A DNA stretch of 64,000 nt from Mobula hypostoma (taxonomy: Eukaryota), in NCBI RefSeq assembly GCF_963921235.1, contig NC_086111.1:32054001-32118000 (forward strand). Direction: 5' to 3'. This document shows, piece by piece, positions 1 through 13,300 of this stretch. Numbering within the stretch: position 1 is the stretch's first letter; every line of letters begins with the position of its first letter. The translations under genes and the position numbers were made by a program. The notes beneath the pieces were generated by a model that was given only the letters and a program-made list of their open reading frames with translations, was not told the DNA's origin and ran no database searches.

Positions 1-630
1 ATTGACTCCATGCTATTTTCCTTAGTAAATACAGACGTAAAAAACCCATTTAAGATCTCCCCCATTTCTTTTGGTTCCATACATAGCTGACCACTCTGAT
101 CTTCAAGAGGAACAATTTTATCCCTTGCTATCCTTTTGCTCTTAATATACCTGTAGAAGCTCTTTGGATTATCCTTCACCTTGACTGTCAAAGCAACCTC
201 ATGTCTTCTTTTAGTCCTCCTAATTCCTTTCTTAAGTTTTTTTTTGCACTTTTTATACTCCTCAAGCACCTTATTTGCTCCCTATTTCCTATACATGTCA
301 TACATCCTCTTCTTTATTAGAGTTCCAATATCCCTTGAGAATCAAGGTTCCTTATTCTTATTCACTTTGCCGTTCATCCTGACAGGAACGTACAAACTCT
401 GCACTCTCAATTTCTCCTTTGAAGGCCTCCGACTTACCAATCACATCCTTGCCAGAGAACTACTTGTCCCAATCCATGCTTTTTAGATCCTTCAAATTTG
501 GCTTTTTTCCAGTTTAGAACTTCAACCCGAGGACCGGATCTATCTTTATCCATGATGAAGTTAAAACTAATGGTGTTATGATCACTGAAACCAAAGTGTT
601 CCCCTACACAGACTTCCGTCACTGGTCCTA
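1..630 (-). mobile_element. CR1-type LINE ORF2 fragment
   Basis: GEHFGFSDHNTISF...LNWKKAKF (end of APE endonuclease); homologous to 50350-50950. Confidence 0.85.
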
Positions 631-1483
631 ACTAAAGCACACATATTCACAGGGAAATTATGCAAACTGAACACAGTAGCAGAAGTCAGGACTAACTCAC
701 TAGCTGCTCCAGTCTGCTGTCCATTGCAAGATTGACATTAAGTTTAGTTTTAGCCATGAGTATGTTTAGTATGAGAACTTTATGAGAACTGAATGTTCAA
801 AATTATATGTTCTAATGTTCAAGTATTTTTAATTTAATCAGAAATCAGTATTTATCTCAATCCATTAAGAGATTCAAATAAAACTGTCTGCAAAGATTTG
901 CATTCATTTGCAGAACAAGGAACCAGTTTTGTTCCCTTCAGTTGCTTAGCACGATTGTATAGCGAGTAACTACACTACAGATAGGGAAGATCTACATTTG
1001 TTCAGACTGATCATTGAGAAGGAAATTGCAAACAGTCCCATTTCCTCTAAAGTTTGAAGTCTGAACAATTTAAATGAAATTAAAATTGGCCAGAAACACT
1101 TTCTGTATGGTAAGTTTGCACTTGTTCTGGTTCCAGTGGAAATAGGGCCTGGATTTGATGCTTTGTCATTCAGTGAATCTCTCGCATTCGTTAGCTAAAC
1201 ATGAATATTATCTGTTTACATGAAGTACCAGACCACGCGAGGAAATCTTTTCTTAGCAAAAAGTCAGTTTGAAGACATGATAGAATAAACAATTTGTCGT
1301 CACCACACTAATTTCCTGATTTTAATTCTGTTCTGTAGGGAGGACATAGTGTCATTGTCAAGTACCTGAATGCAGGAAATTAATATAACTAGGAGGAAGT
1401 AATAAGTGCAGGCAAAACCTGTAAAATAGAACCACTTATCCTCTAATCTGAGCAGTGATTTAGTTTTGCTGTTATCTATATAG

Positions 1484-1568
1484 GAAATACTAATGGAAAG
1501 AATGAAAGTACAACTCCGAGAATGGGATGAAAATCTCAAAGATGACTCCCTTCCCTCAAATCCTGTAG
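1484..1568 (+). CDS. CRBN: cereblon, internal coding exon (85 bp; ~human exon 7)
   Basis: AG/GT boundaries; translates [28 protein letters not shown], matching human [28 protein letters not shown]. Earlier exons lie upstream of the window. Confidence 0.95.
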
Positions 1569-1910
1569 GTAAGAATTATAATAATTTATTAATTATATGT
1601 TATTCATTAATTATTTTACTCAGCTTGTTTTAAAAAATCCAAAATCAGTTTTCCTGTTCATTGCCTTTTTTTAATGCAGACATAAATGCAGTTTTGAAAT
1701 TGCTTTATTTTAGTCCTTGCTGTTCAATGAGTTCATTGGATGGAGAAAGCTTAAATGAAATGACTAGCAACTTTACATTACATGTAGAAATAAATAAATT
1801 TAATTAAACTATTTCAGTAGTTAGTTCCATTTAAAAACTCATTGATAGGTATCCAGACTACATCTCGAACAAGAAGAATTGCAAATTATTGATTGATTAT
1901 TGTTCTTTAG

Positions 1911-2026
1911 ATTTTTCTTATAGAGTTGCTGCGTGTTTGCCTATTGATGATACCTTAAGAATAGATCTGCTTAAAATTGGTAGTGCTATTCAGCGGCTCC
2001 GTTGTGAATTGGATCTGATGGACAAA
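1911..2026 (+). CDS. CRBN: cereblon, internal coding exon (116 bp)
   Basis: ttctttag|...|gtaagt; [39 protein letters not shown]; phase consistent with flanking exons. Confidence 0.96.
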
Positions 2027-2514
2027 GTAAGTGCTAAAAAAGGTTAAATTAGACTCCTCTACACAGTAATTGTGCTTTTAAATCTGTGCCAAGTGCTGTA
2101 TTCCATACTAGAACCAAATATATAATTGCCTTATTCAAATTTTTGAAAAGCAGTGTCCATTAATCTGATACTGTTGTTGAGACAATTGTCTAATTGATAA
2201 ATCACATCACATAGCATTGTAATCAGGGACCAATGTTTACAGCTGCAAGACACAAGTAAAATAGTTATTTATATAATGTGTGTTATTATAGTGTTATAAG
2301 TGTTATAAATAGTTATTTATATATTAGTGTTCCTTTTTCAAAGTCCCAGTTGGATTCCAGTAGTTGGAATTTTATGTTATGGTAAGTTATGGTATAGCTT
2401 AGGAAGTTGCCATTTTACCTTCAAATGTATTTCTTTTGAGTGCTGTAATTTTGTATTGTTGGTCAAATATTTACAATAGTCACAAAAAGTTATAACTAAT
2501 GTTTTGGTTTACAG

Positions 2515-2579
2515 TGTACGTCTCTTTGTTGTAAAAGATGCCACCACACAGAGATAACCACAAAAAATGATATCTTCAG
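2515..2579 (+). CDS. CRBN: cereblon, internal coding exon (65 bp), start of CULT/thalidomide-binding domain
   Basis: tttacag|...|gtaata; CTSLCCKRCHHTEITTKNDIFS with the first Zn-binding CxxC. Confidence 0.96.
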
Positions 2580-3264
2580 GTAATATTTTTCCCCTTTTGA
2601 AATAGTAATCAGATTTGGGTTTATTATCACTGTGTATGAGGTGAAATTTGTTATTTTTGTGGCAGCAAATTAACAAATTTCATTGAGGTTTAATGAGACT
2701 GGATAAAAATTGTGACTTGCTATATTCTTGCAGGAGTCAATAAGAAGGAGCTTTCTCCTAGCTGAGATGACCTGTAGATCACTCAAGGGGAGGACAGATG
2801 AGAGAAATGTTTTCATTCAGGGTGACGAATCTTTGGAATTGTCTAACCCTGTGGAGGCTTGATTGTTGTGTTTATTTAAATCAGAAATGAGGGAAAAATA
2901 TAAATAAAGGGAATAGAGGAATGGAAGGATGTTGCAAGAAAACTAAGTTGAGCTCGATCGTTCGCAATCTCAATGGATAACAGCAGGCCAGATAGTGTTC
3001 CTTCTATATATTCTTGTATTATAGGACTGTAATTCTCTGACAAATTCTTTAAGATGTCAGGGAGGGGGTACAGAAGCCTAAGGACCCACACCGAACGATT
3101 TAGGAAAAGTTTCTTCCCCTTTGTCATCAGATTTCTCAACGGTCTGTGAGCTCATGAACACAGCCTCATTATTTCTTTCTTGCTGAAATTATTTGTTGTG
3201 TAATTTATAGTAATTTTAAGTCTTTGCACTGTACTGCTGCAAAACAATAAATGTAATGCCATAT

Positions 3265-3752
3265 GTTGTTCATCCATCGTTGACATCGATGAGGACCTCG
3301 ACACCATTATGATGGTGTCGAGACTAGCGCTTGATTTGGATTTAAGTGAGGGAGAGTTGCACAGCGTCAGCCCCACTCTCTCTTCCCAATTCCCATCTGG
3401 ATCCAGTGGTAAGACAGAGTCGAGACGGCTGGAGATGGGACTAGGCGCAGTGGATGACCAGGACGTCTTCTGTGTCTTGTCCTGCTCTACACGTTCCACG
3501 ACGCTTGCAGAGACCGCCTTCTTGACCGTTGGACCTTCTATGGGTCTCATCTGCTCAATCCGCCAGAGTCTGTCTTCACGTGTCGGGATAGACAACTCCC
3601 TATCTCACCGAGGGTTTGAGACCCGTTGGCTACCCTCACCTGGTTTAGCCGGCTTGTCGAAGCCGTTGCCCGGGGTGTGGCCGCTGTCGCATGCAAACAG
3701 CTACGGGGAGCCACAGGTGAGACTGAGTGCCAGGTGGGGACCAAAGGTGGAC
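3265..3752 (-). mobile_element. young RTE-related non-autonomous retroposon with 11-bp TSD, inserted in a Rex1-type 3' fragment (~3056-3790)
   Basis: Flanked by TAATGCCATAT at 3254-3264 and 3753-3763; CpG-rich; contains the RTE/SINE-like segment TGGATTTAAGTGAGGGAGAGTTGC. Confidence 0.65.
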
Positions 3753-4072
3753 TAATGCCATATAAGACAGTAGTAATAAACCTGATTCAGGATTGTTAGC
3801 AACTTCAGAGGTAAATAAGAACAGGCAGGAGGAAAACTTTTGCCTAGTGATGTAAATAGATCAGTTTGCTTGTGCATGCTTTCAGCTTTTCATTTACTCA
3901 GAGTTAAATCTGCAATTACTATGTACATGCTTGTAAGTAAATCCATTCTGGTATCCACTTACACACCTCAAATTTGTCACTTGCCTTTGAAGCAAATGTA
4001 ATGATCTACACTTTAATTTGTTGGTGGACATCTGCATTTCTTTCCATATTTTACCCATGATTTCTCCTCATG

Positions 4073-5035
4073 TATTGGTTTATTATTGTTACTTATACCA
4101 AGATACAGTGAAAAGCTCGTCTTGCATACAATCTGTACAGATGAAATCATCACATTGAGCTAGAATAACATAAAACAATGACAATGCAGAAGAAAGTGTA
4201 AAAACTTTATGTTAAATTGCAGTGCAGTTAAACAATGAAGGGCAAGATTGTAACAAGGTAGACTATGAGGCCAAGAGTCCATCTTATTTCGCAAGAGGTC
4301 CATTTAAGAGTCTGACTGATAGTGGGATAAAAGCTGCCCTTAAACCTGGTGGTACATATTTTCAGGCTTTTGTATGTACTGCTTGATGGGAGAGGGACTG
4401 AGAAATAATATCTGGGATGTGTGGAGTCCTTGATTATGCTGCCTGCTTTACTAAGGCAGCGAGAAGTACACTCAGAGTTCATGGGGGAGAGCTAACTCCT
4501 TTGATTCGCTGAGCTGTGTCCACAACTCACTGCAGTTTCTTGCAGGCATGTGCAGAGCAATTGCCATGCCAAGCCAATATGCATCCAGACAGAATGCTTT
4601 CTATAGTGAATTGATTAAAAATTGGTAGAGTCAATGCAGACATGGCAAATTTCTTGAGCCTTCTAAGGAAATAGAGATGTTGCTGAACTTTCTTGGCTGT
4701 GATACCAATGTAGTTGGACTAGGATGAGATTTTGGTGATGTTCACACCTAGGATCTTGAAGAGCCAACCTTCTCAATCTCTACACCATTGATGTAGAGAG
4801 CAACATGCGCACCAGCCCCTTTTCTGAAGTCAATGACTAGTTCTTTTTGCTGACTTTGAGGGGAAAAGTTGTTGTCTTGACGTCATGTCACTAAACTCTC
4901 TACCTCCTTCCTGTGTTCTGAGTCATTATTTGAGATGTGGCCCATTGCATTGGTATCATCTGTAAGTTTGTAGATAGAGTTAGAACAGAATCTGGCCACA
5001 CAGTCAAAAGTAGGAGGATGAAGACACCACCTTGT
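4073..5035 (-). mobile_element. Rex1/Babar-type LINE 3' fragment
   Basis: Degenerate RT (KLTDDT) and C-terminal IIKDSTHP...RFKGSFYP; homologous to 22410-23225 and 46780-47335. Confidence 0.7.
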
Positions 5036-5419
5036 GCCAATTGTGCAATACTGTTACCAATTATACTTCTGCCTAGGACTGTTTAAAATGAGAAACTTTG
5101 ATTTAACGTATCAAATTCAGGATCACCCCAAATGTACCAAAGCTATGTACATCTTTCACAGAGCCATCTCTAAAATAGTATAATTTAAATTTGGAAGCAA
5201 GAAGTGGTAAGTGTGAAGTATTTCTGCACAATAAATTACTGTCAATGAAGCTGCCCCCTCTATTCTCAGACCAGATGCATCCTTGCAATCCAAAGCATCG
5301 ACTGTTTATTCCACACCACAGATACTGGCTGAAATAACAAGTTCCTCCAGCAGCTTGTTAATTGCTCCAGATTCCATCACCTAGTTTTGTGTCTCTTGTG
5401 TCTCTGAATCCAGTAGCTA

Positions 5420-5882
5420 AGGATGTTGCCGGGACTTGAGAAACTCAGTTACAGAGAAAGGTTGAATAGGTTAGGGCTTTATTCCCTGGACCGTAGAAGA
5501 ATGAGAGGAGATTTGATAGAGGTATATAAAATTGATGAGTATAGATAGAGTGAATGCAAGCAGGCTTTTTCCACTGAGGTTAGGAGAGAAAAAAAAACAG
5601 AGGACATGAGTTAAGGGTGAAGGGGGAAAAGTTTAAAGGGAACGTTAGGGGGGGCTTCTTCACACAGAGAGTGGTGGGAGTGTGGAATGAGCTGCCAGAT
5701 GAAGTAGTAAATGCGGGCTCACTTTTAACATTAAAGACAAACTTGGATAGGTACATCGATGAGAGGTGTATGGAGGGATATGGTCCAGGTGCAGGTCAGT
5801 GGGACTAGGCAGAAAAATGATTCGGCACAGCCAAGAAGGGCCAAAAGGCCTGTTTCTGTGCTGTAATGGTCTATGGTTCTAT
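5420..5882 (+). mobile_element. CR1 LINE 3' fragment
   Basis: FFTQRVVGVWNELP C-terminus and (CTATGGTT)n tail. Confidence 0.85.
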
Positions 5883-6759
5883 AAGTTTCTGATCATTATT
5901 GAAACATTCCCAATATCTTGCAATATTTTGATCCTGAAGAATTAAATACCAGAATTGAATCACTTCAAGCCTATTTGCCTTATAGCTAATCTATGCATCA
6001 TCCTCATTACTCTATCCATGTTCCTTGCTATGTTAGTTTAATACAAAAAAAAATCAGTTTTCAAAATCTCAATTTTCACATTTTCTTTGGCTTTGAAGAA
6101 AAGATTCCAAATTTTTATCCCCTTTGTGTGAAAGGAATGCTTTCCTGATTTCATTGCTCCTTTTGTTCTGGAGTCTTCCATCAGAATAACATATGTATCT
6201 GTTCTATTGAGCTCCCCTATTCTTAACATCTTCATGAGATCAACTCAAGCTTAACATACTAAGTTTATGCAGTAGTCTTAAGAATACAATCCTGCAAGCT
6301 CTCAATTGGCCTCCATTCATGAGTCCCTGATTCTTCCTGAGATGCATCATTCCAAATTCATGCAGTACTCCATTAAAGACTCCAAATAACTAAACCATTA
6401 CTTCACTTAATTTTCAACTCCTTGAAATAAAGCTTCATTTTATTGATGTTTTGATTACTTTGTGCCTGGTTACTTGTTTTAATGATTTATCTAAATGGAC
6501 ACTTAAATTTCTTCGCTGGTTCATATCTCTTGGAGAATTGCTCATACTTCGGTATAAAATCAGTGAACCAGTCAAGAGAGTCAACCATTGAGAGTTCTCA
6601 AGCTGTTTTGCAATTCAGTATGACCATGGTGGATCAGCTTTGCCCTTTGACTCCACTTGACTGTCTGATTCATATCACTTTGTTGATTCCAAAAATTTAT
6701 GTGCCTTGGTATACTAATTAGGGTCGATGTGGCATTATTTTTCCAGTAGTTTAAATTAA

Positions 6760-7530
6760 AGGTTCAAAGGTCGAATTTAATGACAGAAATGTATACAATA
6801 TACATTCTGAAATGCTTTTTTCTTCGCAAACATCCACGAAAACAGAGAAGTGCCCAAAGAATGAACGACAGTTAAATGTAAAAACTCCAAAGTCCCCCCC
6901 CCACCAGCAGAAATAAACGTGCATCAGTACTGTCACTGAGCCCAAGCGTGTGCTAAGCAATAGCAAAGACACAGACCAAAGTTACCCCAAAGGCTTCGCA
7001 TTTCATCCAACTTTCAACAAGCTACAGGTTCTCTCTCTCCCTGGCAAGAGAGAGAGAGGTGTTCCCCATTTTCACAGTGAGCGGGAGACATAACAACAGC
7101 CCGCTGGTTTATGATGTTGAAAGTCCGTTTTGTTGCTTTTTCCAAGCCCTGTGTCCGAAGATCGCAAAGACCTCGGGTCTTTGGGCCCACAGCGGAAGAT
7201 TTTCCAGCCTCCCCGATGACACACAAGGCTACTACCGTGACACTGACCCTCGATCCGCCTGTCTCCAGAGCCCTGAGATCTTAGGCTTCCGAACACAATC
7301 GAGACTCTCAGGCCAAACCCTTGGCATGTCGAGTAACGGCCAGTCGTGGAACCCTGAGAACAGGTCCCATTCCCGCAAAGAACTGAAGCCTGCAAGGAAA
7401 CTCCAGGTCAGGGTCTTCAAAAGAATCCTGAAAGGGAAAAATAAAGATATTAAAGGTAGAAATAGAACTGTTTCCTAAGATGCAAGCAAAGATAGTGGCC
7501 GTTAAGTGCCATTATCCCTCCTAAGCTCAG
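6760..7530 (-). mobile_element. non-autonomous retroposon-like repeat (related copies at ~12900-13530, 33985-34995, 46340-46760 and 28585-30195)
   Basis: Shared 3' tail and AGATGG-type 5' start among copies; no coding capacity; family not identified. Confidence 0.45.
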
Positions 7531-7823
7531 CTGTATTCTTTTAATTTCTATCATTTTTTAAATAATATTGTATCAAAGATGGGGTTTAGCTTTACCATCT
7601 TTCTTCAAAGATATTTTGTGGGTGGAATTTGTTCTGGCCCATCCAGATGGCTGTATTATGTCATGTGAGGCTCTGCCGCCACAAAGGGTTTCATTGGCAT
7701 ATCTTCGATGCCAGTTTGTCCCTCCAGATTCAAACTTGATAAATCCATGGCATTGCTGAGTGCAGGTGGCAATATAATTTCAAGAGTTAGTTTTCTATCT
7801 TTATTGCTGTGTAGAATACTTAA

Positions 7824-7988
<165 letters not shown>

Positions 7989-8507
7989 TAATTTTATACT
8001 TGACGGTATCTTTTTAGAGTGTTAAATTTGTTATTTATTAGCTACTGTAATGAAGTTGTTGAAATACTGTGTCCTATTTCACTCATTCTGAGCATATTTA
8101 ATTAGCAAAGTTCAATGTTAAGGATTCATTTAACAGTGTACATTTACTGTTCAATTTATGCTTCTTTTCTATTACTAAAGTTGTATATAATTCAATTTGT
8201 AAACATTTTGTAACTGCTCAGTATGATACTGTTTTGTCCTTAATACATGTATTTATTAAGTATGGGATCTTGTAAGTTAGCCACAGTTTAGCCTTTATTG
8301 CTACCTTAAATGATGTGTGCATGCATGTATCCAGAGTTTCCTTTTGCCTCACCTCTTTCCACTCCACATTCTTCCGTACACTATATTTCATGCTTCCTTA
8401 TGTTAAGTGTTTTATATCATATCTATGCCTCTTTCATAAGTCTAAATGTTCTTAATGTTCATCATTATATTCTTCAAGTCTTAGATAACCTACATATTTT
8501 TAAATTA

Positions 8508-9233
8508 CAGTGGCTTCCAGTTAATTAGGCCATCAGCTAATTGGGGCAGCTCTTAAAGAACAAAAGCTAACTGACAAAATTGCCGGGATTCCCTTTGTTT
8601 ATTTGGGACACTATCCAGCTTAATTGAGGCAAGAAACTATTGCCAAACAGGTTCTAACTAGTGTCAGTTGTGTGCACTTGCATGGCTGTTAGATGCTACA
8701 ACAAGCTTAGAGCACCAGTTTTTAAATAGCATCAGTGGCATGTGTTTGTATTCAAAAAGCAGTGATTTTTGTCACTGATAGTTGGTGAGAACTAAGCAGT
8801 AAGACAAATCAGAACTGTTTTGCTCACCACGGTTTCAAACATTCAGGCTTGGAGGTATAGAAATAGTTGGGGTGAAAAAAACGATTTCACTATTCATGTT
8901 AGGACATATGAAGAATTTGAAGGTATCTTGAGTGTTACAGTGGTAATGAAGATTTGGAGGATGCAGTCATTGATAGCATTGTATGAAGGCAGTCCATTAT
9001 CTGCACTAGGTGTCTACATTGATTTTGTTAATCAAAATAACACGGCCATGTACACTAGATTAATTCTTCTAATGGGTATTAGAAACTAATACATTTGTAT
9101 CGTACTGTATTACTATTGTTCTGTATTTCATTTAAGTACATAATTTACTACCCAGTTTGTCTAATTGGGGCAGCTGCTTAACTGGGCCAAAATGTACTAG
9201 TCCCAGTGTGTCACAATTAACTGGAATCCACTG
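8508..9233. mobile_element. Tc1/mariner (Tigger/pogo-like) MITE
   Basis: TIRs CAGTGG(C/A)TTCCAGTTAATT at both ends; TA flanks. Confidence 0.75.
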
Positions 9234-9237
9234 TATA

Positions 9238-9818
9238 CAGGTGACCCCGCTGTCCGAATGTTCTCTTTGCGACATTTCGCTTTTACGAAAGACCTACATT
9301 CGTACCTGTTTTCATTAACCGAAAGAGGATTTTCTCTTTTACGAAAAAAGACGCTCGTTTTAAACTTGTGTTTACCCTGAGAAAGACTACCATGACCATG
9401 AAGCCTTGCGAGGGCAGGTGTGTGTGCATGCATGACGTGCGAATGCGTGTAGGTGTGCATGCATGATGGGCGTGTACGTGCGAATCCGTGACATGCACAT
9501 GCGTGTACATGTCAATTTTTTTTTCCGACAAATCAATTTTGGCTCGAACTTCCTGATTCTGGTAATTGAATACTACACTGTACATACATTATTTCTACTT
9601 TATATAGGCTGAGTATTTATCATATCATTCTGACGTTCACTATATGTTAGTGTTATTTTAGGTTTTATGTGCTATTTGGTAGGTTATTTTTTGGGTCTGG
9701 GAACGCTCAAAAAAATTTCCCATATAAATTAATGATAATCGCTTCTTTGCTTTACGCCATTTCGGCTTATGAACGGATTCATAGGAACGCTCTACATTCA
9801 GATAGCGGGGGAAACCTG
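9238..9818. mobile_element. second Tigger-like MITE directly abutting the first
   Basis: CAGGTGACCCCGCTGTCCGAATG ... CATTCAGATAGCGGGGGAAACCTG imperfect TIRs; TA flanks. Confidence 0.7.
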
Positions 9819-10151
9819 TATTCAGTATTCCCAGTCCAAGTCATTTTTATATAACAAGAATTAATTCCTTGGGAATACCACTGTTTATGCTCAAAGCATA
9901 TGTAATGTTCATGCTACTCCTCCTCCCTTAATTCTATTGCTGGCAAAATTATTAAGTAGAATTTTAGAAAATACTTTTTAAAAATCCATGTTCACAACAA
10001 TATCAGCTACATCAGCTTTGTCAGCAAAACAGACTTCACAATGTAGTTGTTTTAATATTAAAAGGTATCAAAATGCTGGTTATGGTTTGTATCTACATAT
10101 AGTTAACTAAGAAAATTTCTAACCTCTTTCTCATTTTGAAATACCTGACAG

Positions 10152-10335
10152 CTTTGCGTGGACTATAGCCCAGTGCCGTACTTGTGGAAGTCATATGGGT
10201 TGGAAGTTTACAGCAACTAAGAAAGACATGTTGCCCCAGAAATTCTGGGGATTAACACGGGCAGCTCTGCAGCCCAGGATACCAGAACTGGATGATGAAA
10301 GTCAACAGGAAGGATGTTGGCAACCATGCCGTTAA
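10152..10335 (+). CDS. CRBN: cereblon, terminal coding exon
   Basis: gacag|c [60 protein letters not shown]; TAA at 10333-10335. Confidence 0.96.
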
Positions 10336-13300
10336 TGTGTGTGTGTATATATGTTAAATATATATTTTATATATAGATATAAATATCTATAAGTGAATAG
10401 CACTGTAGTTACTTGTGCCAAAGAACCTCTAGTTCTTATCAAAAAGTTATTCAAGAATATAACAGCAAATTGAATGACGTGCATGACATGGCTCTGTTGG
10501 ATTTAATAACTTAAATGTTAAAATAATCAGAATCAGATATAGCACTATCATATGAAATATTGATGCAACTTGTATCAATACATTACGATACTGTTTTAAG
10601 CAACTTGCCCCAGATCAGGTGCAGTGATTTAATGAAGGTTATCTTTTGGAAACAAAAAACAACTAAAAGAATATCACTTGGAATATGGATAAGTCATTTA
10701 ACGTTCTGAGATATTTGACTATTTGCTGTTCGAAGGAAGATTTACCATATGAGTTTGGACAGGACACTACCCTGACATTATTTTGTTTTCTTTATTTTAA
10801 GTTTACATACATTACTGTTAACTAAAGTTATTTTTCAAATTGCTGTTTGCAGCTTTCTAAGATGGAGTTTTATATTGCATCTTAACAGGGTATTTGTAAA
10901 AATGTTCCAGTTAAAAGGCCCCTCTATGGAATGAATAGTTTTCTTCCATTATCTTACTGCATATCAACTGTGTTCCTTACTCTAACAACCTAGGGAACTT
11001 CATTCCCATGGACAAATGCTGGATTAGTCATTGTTTTGCCTTATTTGCTCAGGTATTATGCAAACAAATAAAAGAGAATTGTGAACCCCAAACGAGATTA
11101 ATTTTACACACAAATTTTGGAAAGGTAGTTTCCTTTCTTAGAACATACATTATGAAATTAGGTACATCCCCTCTATTTTTTCCATCATATTAATAGACTG
11201 CAGAAATGTCTCATAATTACGGTAAGATGTTTTCAGTGGGGGAGTGAAGGCAGTTGGTACCTATAAAATGAGCTCGCAAAATGCAACAATTTTAAAAGCA
11301 ATATGCTGTTCACAATTAAGAAATTATCATATTTTAATTTTGCATGTAGGCCTAATTAGAAATCTTTTGATCGTTACCTTAGTGTTCCTTCAAGATGCTT
11401 GATAACACCTAATATTTTAAAATGGAACCATTTAAAATGTCCATTTAAGCCTTTTTGATAATCATTGTGCATAATTCTGGGAGGTGACTTGCAGCAAGCT
11501 TATTCTAACAACTTTATGATTTAATTTTAGTTTTTCAATAAATCTACAGTTATTATTCTGCTGAGGCTACTGAAAAATTATCTGTTGTAGCCATTTCAAA
11601 GCAGCTGGCGTATTAGTTGTTGACAGACCAGAATTTGTGATGTGGTCAACTTGTTATAAGGCACTACAGTGCTGTTCTTAGTTTTCATTCTGGCAAATTA
11701 CTTAGTTCCTAGTAAATGGTGTTATAATGAGATCTATTTTTCTTGAGATAGTTGTAAATAATGGGATTTACTGTGTGTTTAGTAATTGAGAATCATTGTC
11801 TTGAAAGCATTGTTTTAATTGTAGGTACTGTATTCTGGGAAGCAGTGCTCTTTTCAGTACAGAGGCTTGTTTTTGTCAGATTCAATTGGAAGTAATTTAT
11901 ACTGTTCTTTACAAAGCAAATGGAATGGAACTAAGATACAAGTGAAATGATTAAAATATTTTGGAGACATTAACAAAATTTTGCAAATTTCTTTTATAAT
12001 GCTACCTACATCCATAATTTTATATTTAATGAACAAATTAAAGTAATAATGTTTTGTAGTATTGAAATGTTTTGCAAGGCAATTTTTGCCTTTTGCTCAA
12101 CAAAGAAAAGTATTAGTAAATCTGTGTTCCTAAGTTGTTGTCTGATCAGTTTAAATCTTGCTCTGTATTCTTGGATGCTGAGTTGGATTTGCAGCCATTT
12201 TCACAATGATACAGGTTATTATGCTCCTAGCTGTAATTTAACTGGTCCAGTGGATTATCCAAAGTATTTAAAAGTGAAACAGATAACAGGTTAATTTTTG
12301 ATATGATTGGGGGAAAAAGTGGTACATTGAAGTGCACCTGCTTAATCTGAGCCATTTGAAATTTATTGGAAGATGAAGGCTCTCATTTTGTGGTAATTTT
12401 GCATTTACTTTTAAAGATATTTGAACGTTGAACTGGATGCAATGGCAATGTATTAGAACACAATAAAGAAGAAAGAAATCAGAAAATGAACAAATTGCAT
12501 TTTGGAAGTTAAATCTGAGCCTTCTGCTTTTGAAGAATCAATAATAATTCCACCAGCTGTGATCTGACTATTTGGTATGGTACTTTGCTTTCTGTTTATG
12601 TACTTAGTTTCATGATATTTGAAAGACCTATTAGTAATCAAAGAGAACTGAGGTCATTTTGAGGCTTCAGTAGATGTTCATAAATTCTGAATTCAGTTTA
12701 ATTTTACTGAAAGAAATGCTTACTGTCCAAGGTGATGTGGGAACAGTTATACAATACATTAAGTCCTTAATAATTCCTGAATAATTCTTTTCTCTATTGA
12801 ATCTAAGTATCGTTATAGTGGCTTCAGTTCTAGTTACTTTAAATATGTTTATTGCTTTGCCACTCTGAAGACCATCTCAAATCAAAATAACATTTACATC
12901 TTAGATTAGATTATGAGAACACGCAGTCCTCTTTTATTGTCATTTAGTAATGCATGCATTAAGAAATTTTACAATATTTCCTCTGGTGTGATACCACAAA
13001 ACACAGGACAGACCAAGACGAAAAAACTAACAAAACCACATAATTATAACATATAGTTACAACAGTGCAACAATACCATAACTTGATGAGGAAGTCCATG
13101 AACACAGTAAAAAGTTCAAAGTCTCTCAAATGTCCCACATCTCATGCAGACGGGAGAAAGAAGAAAACCTCTCCCTGCCATGCCCGACCACAGTCCGACT
13201 CTGAGTCATCTGAAAACTTCGAGCCTCCGATCAGCTCTCCAACACCAAATACTGAGCGCCATCTCTGTCCGAACGATTCGACCTCAATCTCGGTCGCCAA

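Noticed and set aside
3152-3755. Overlapping 147- and 148-aa ORFs on both strands
   Set aside because: They cross the boundaries of a GC-rich retroposon insertion; chance ORFs.
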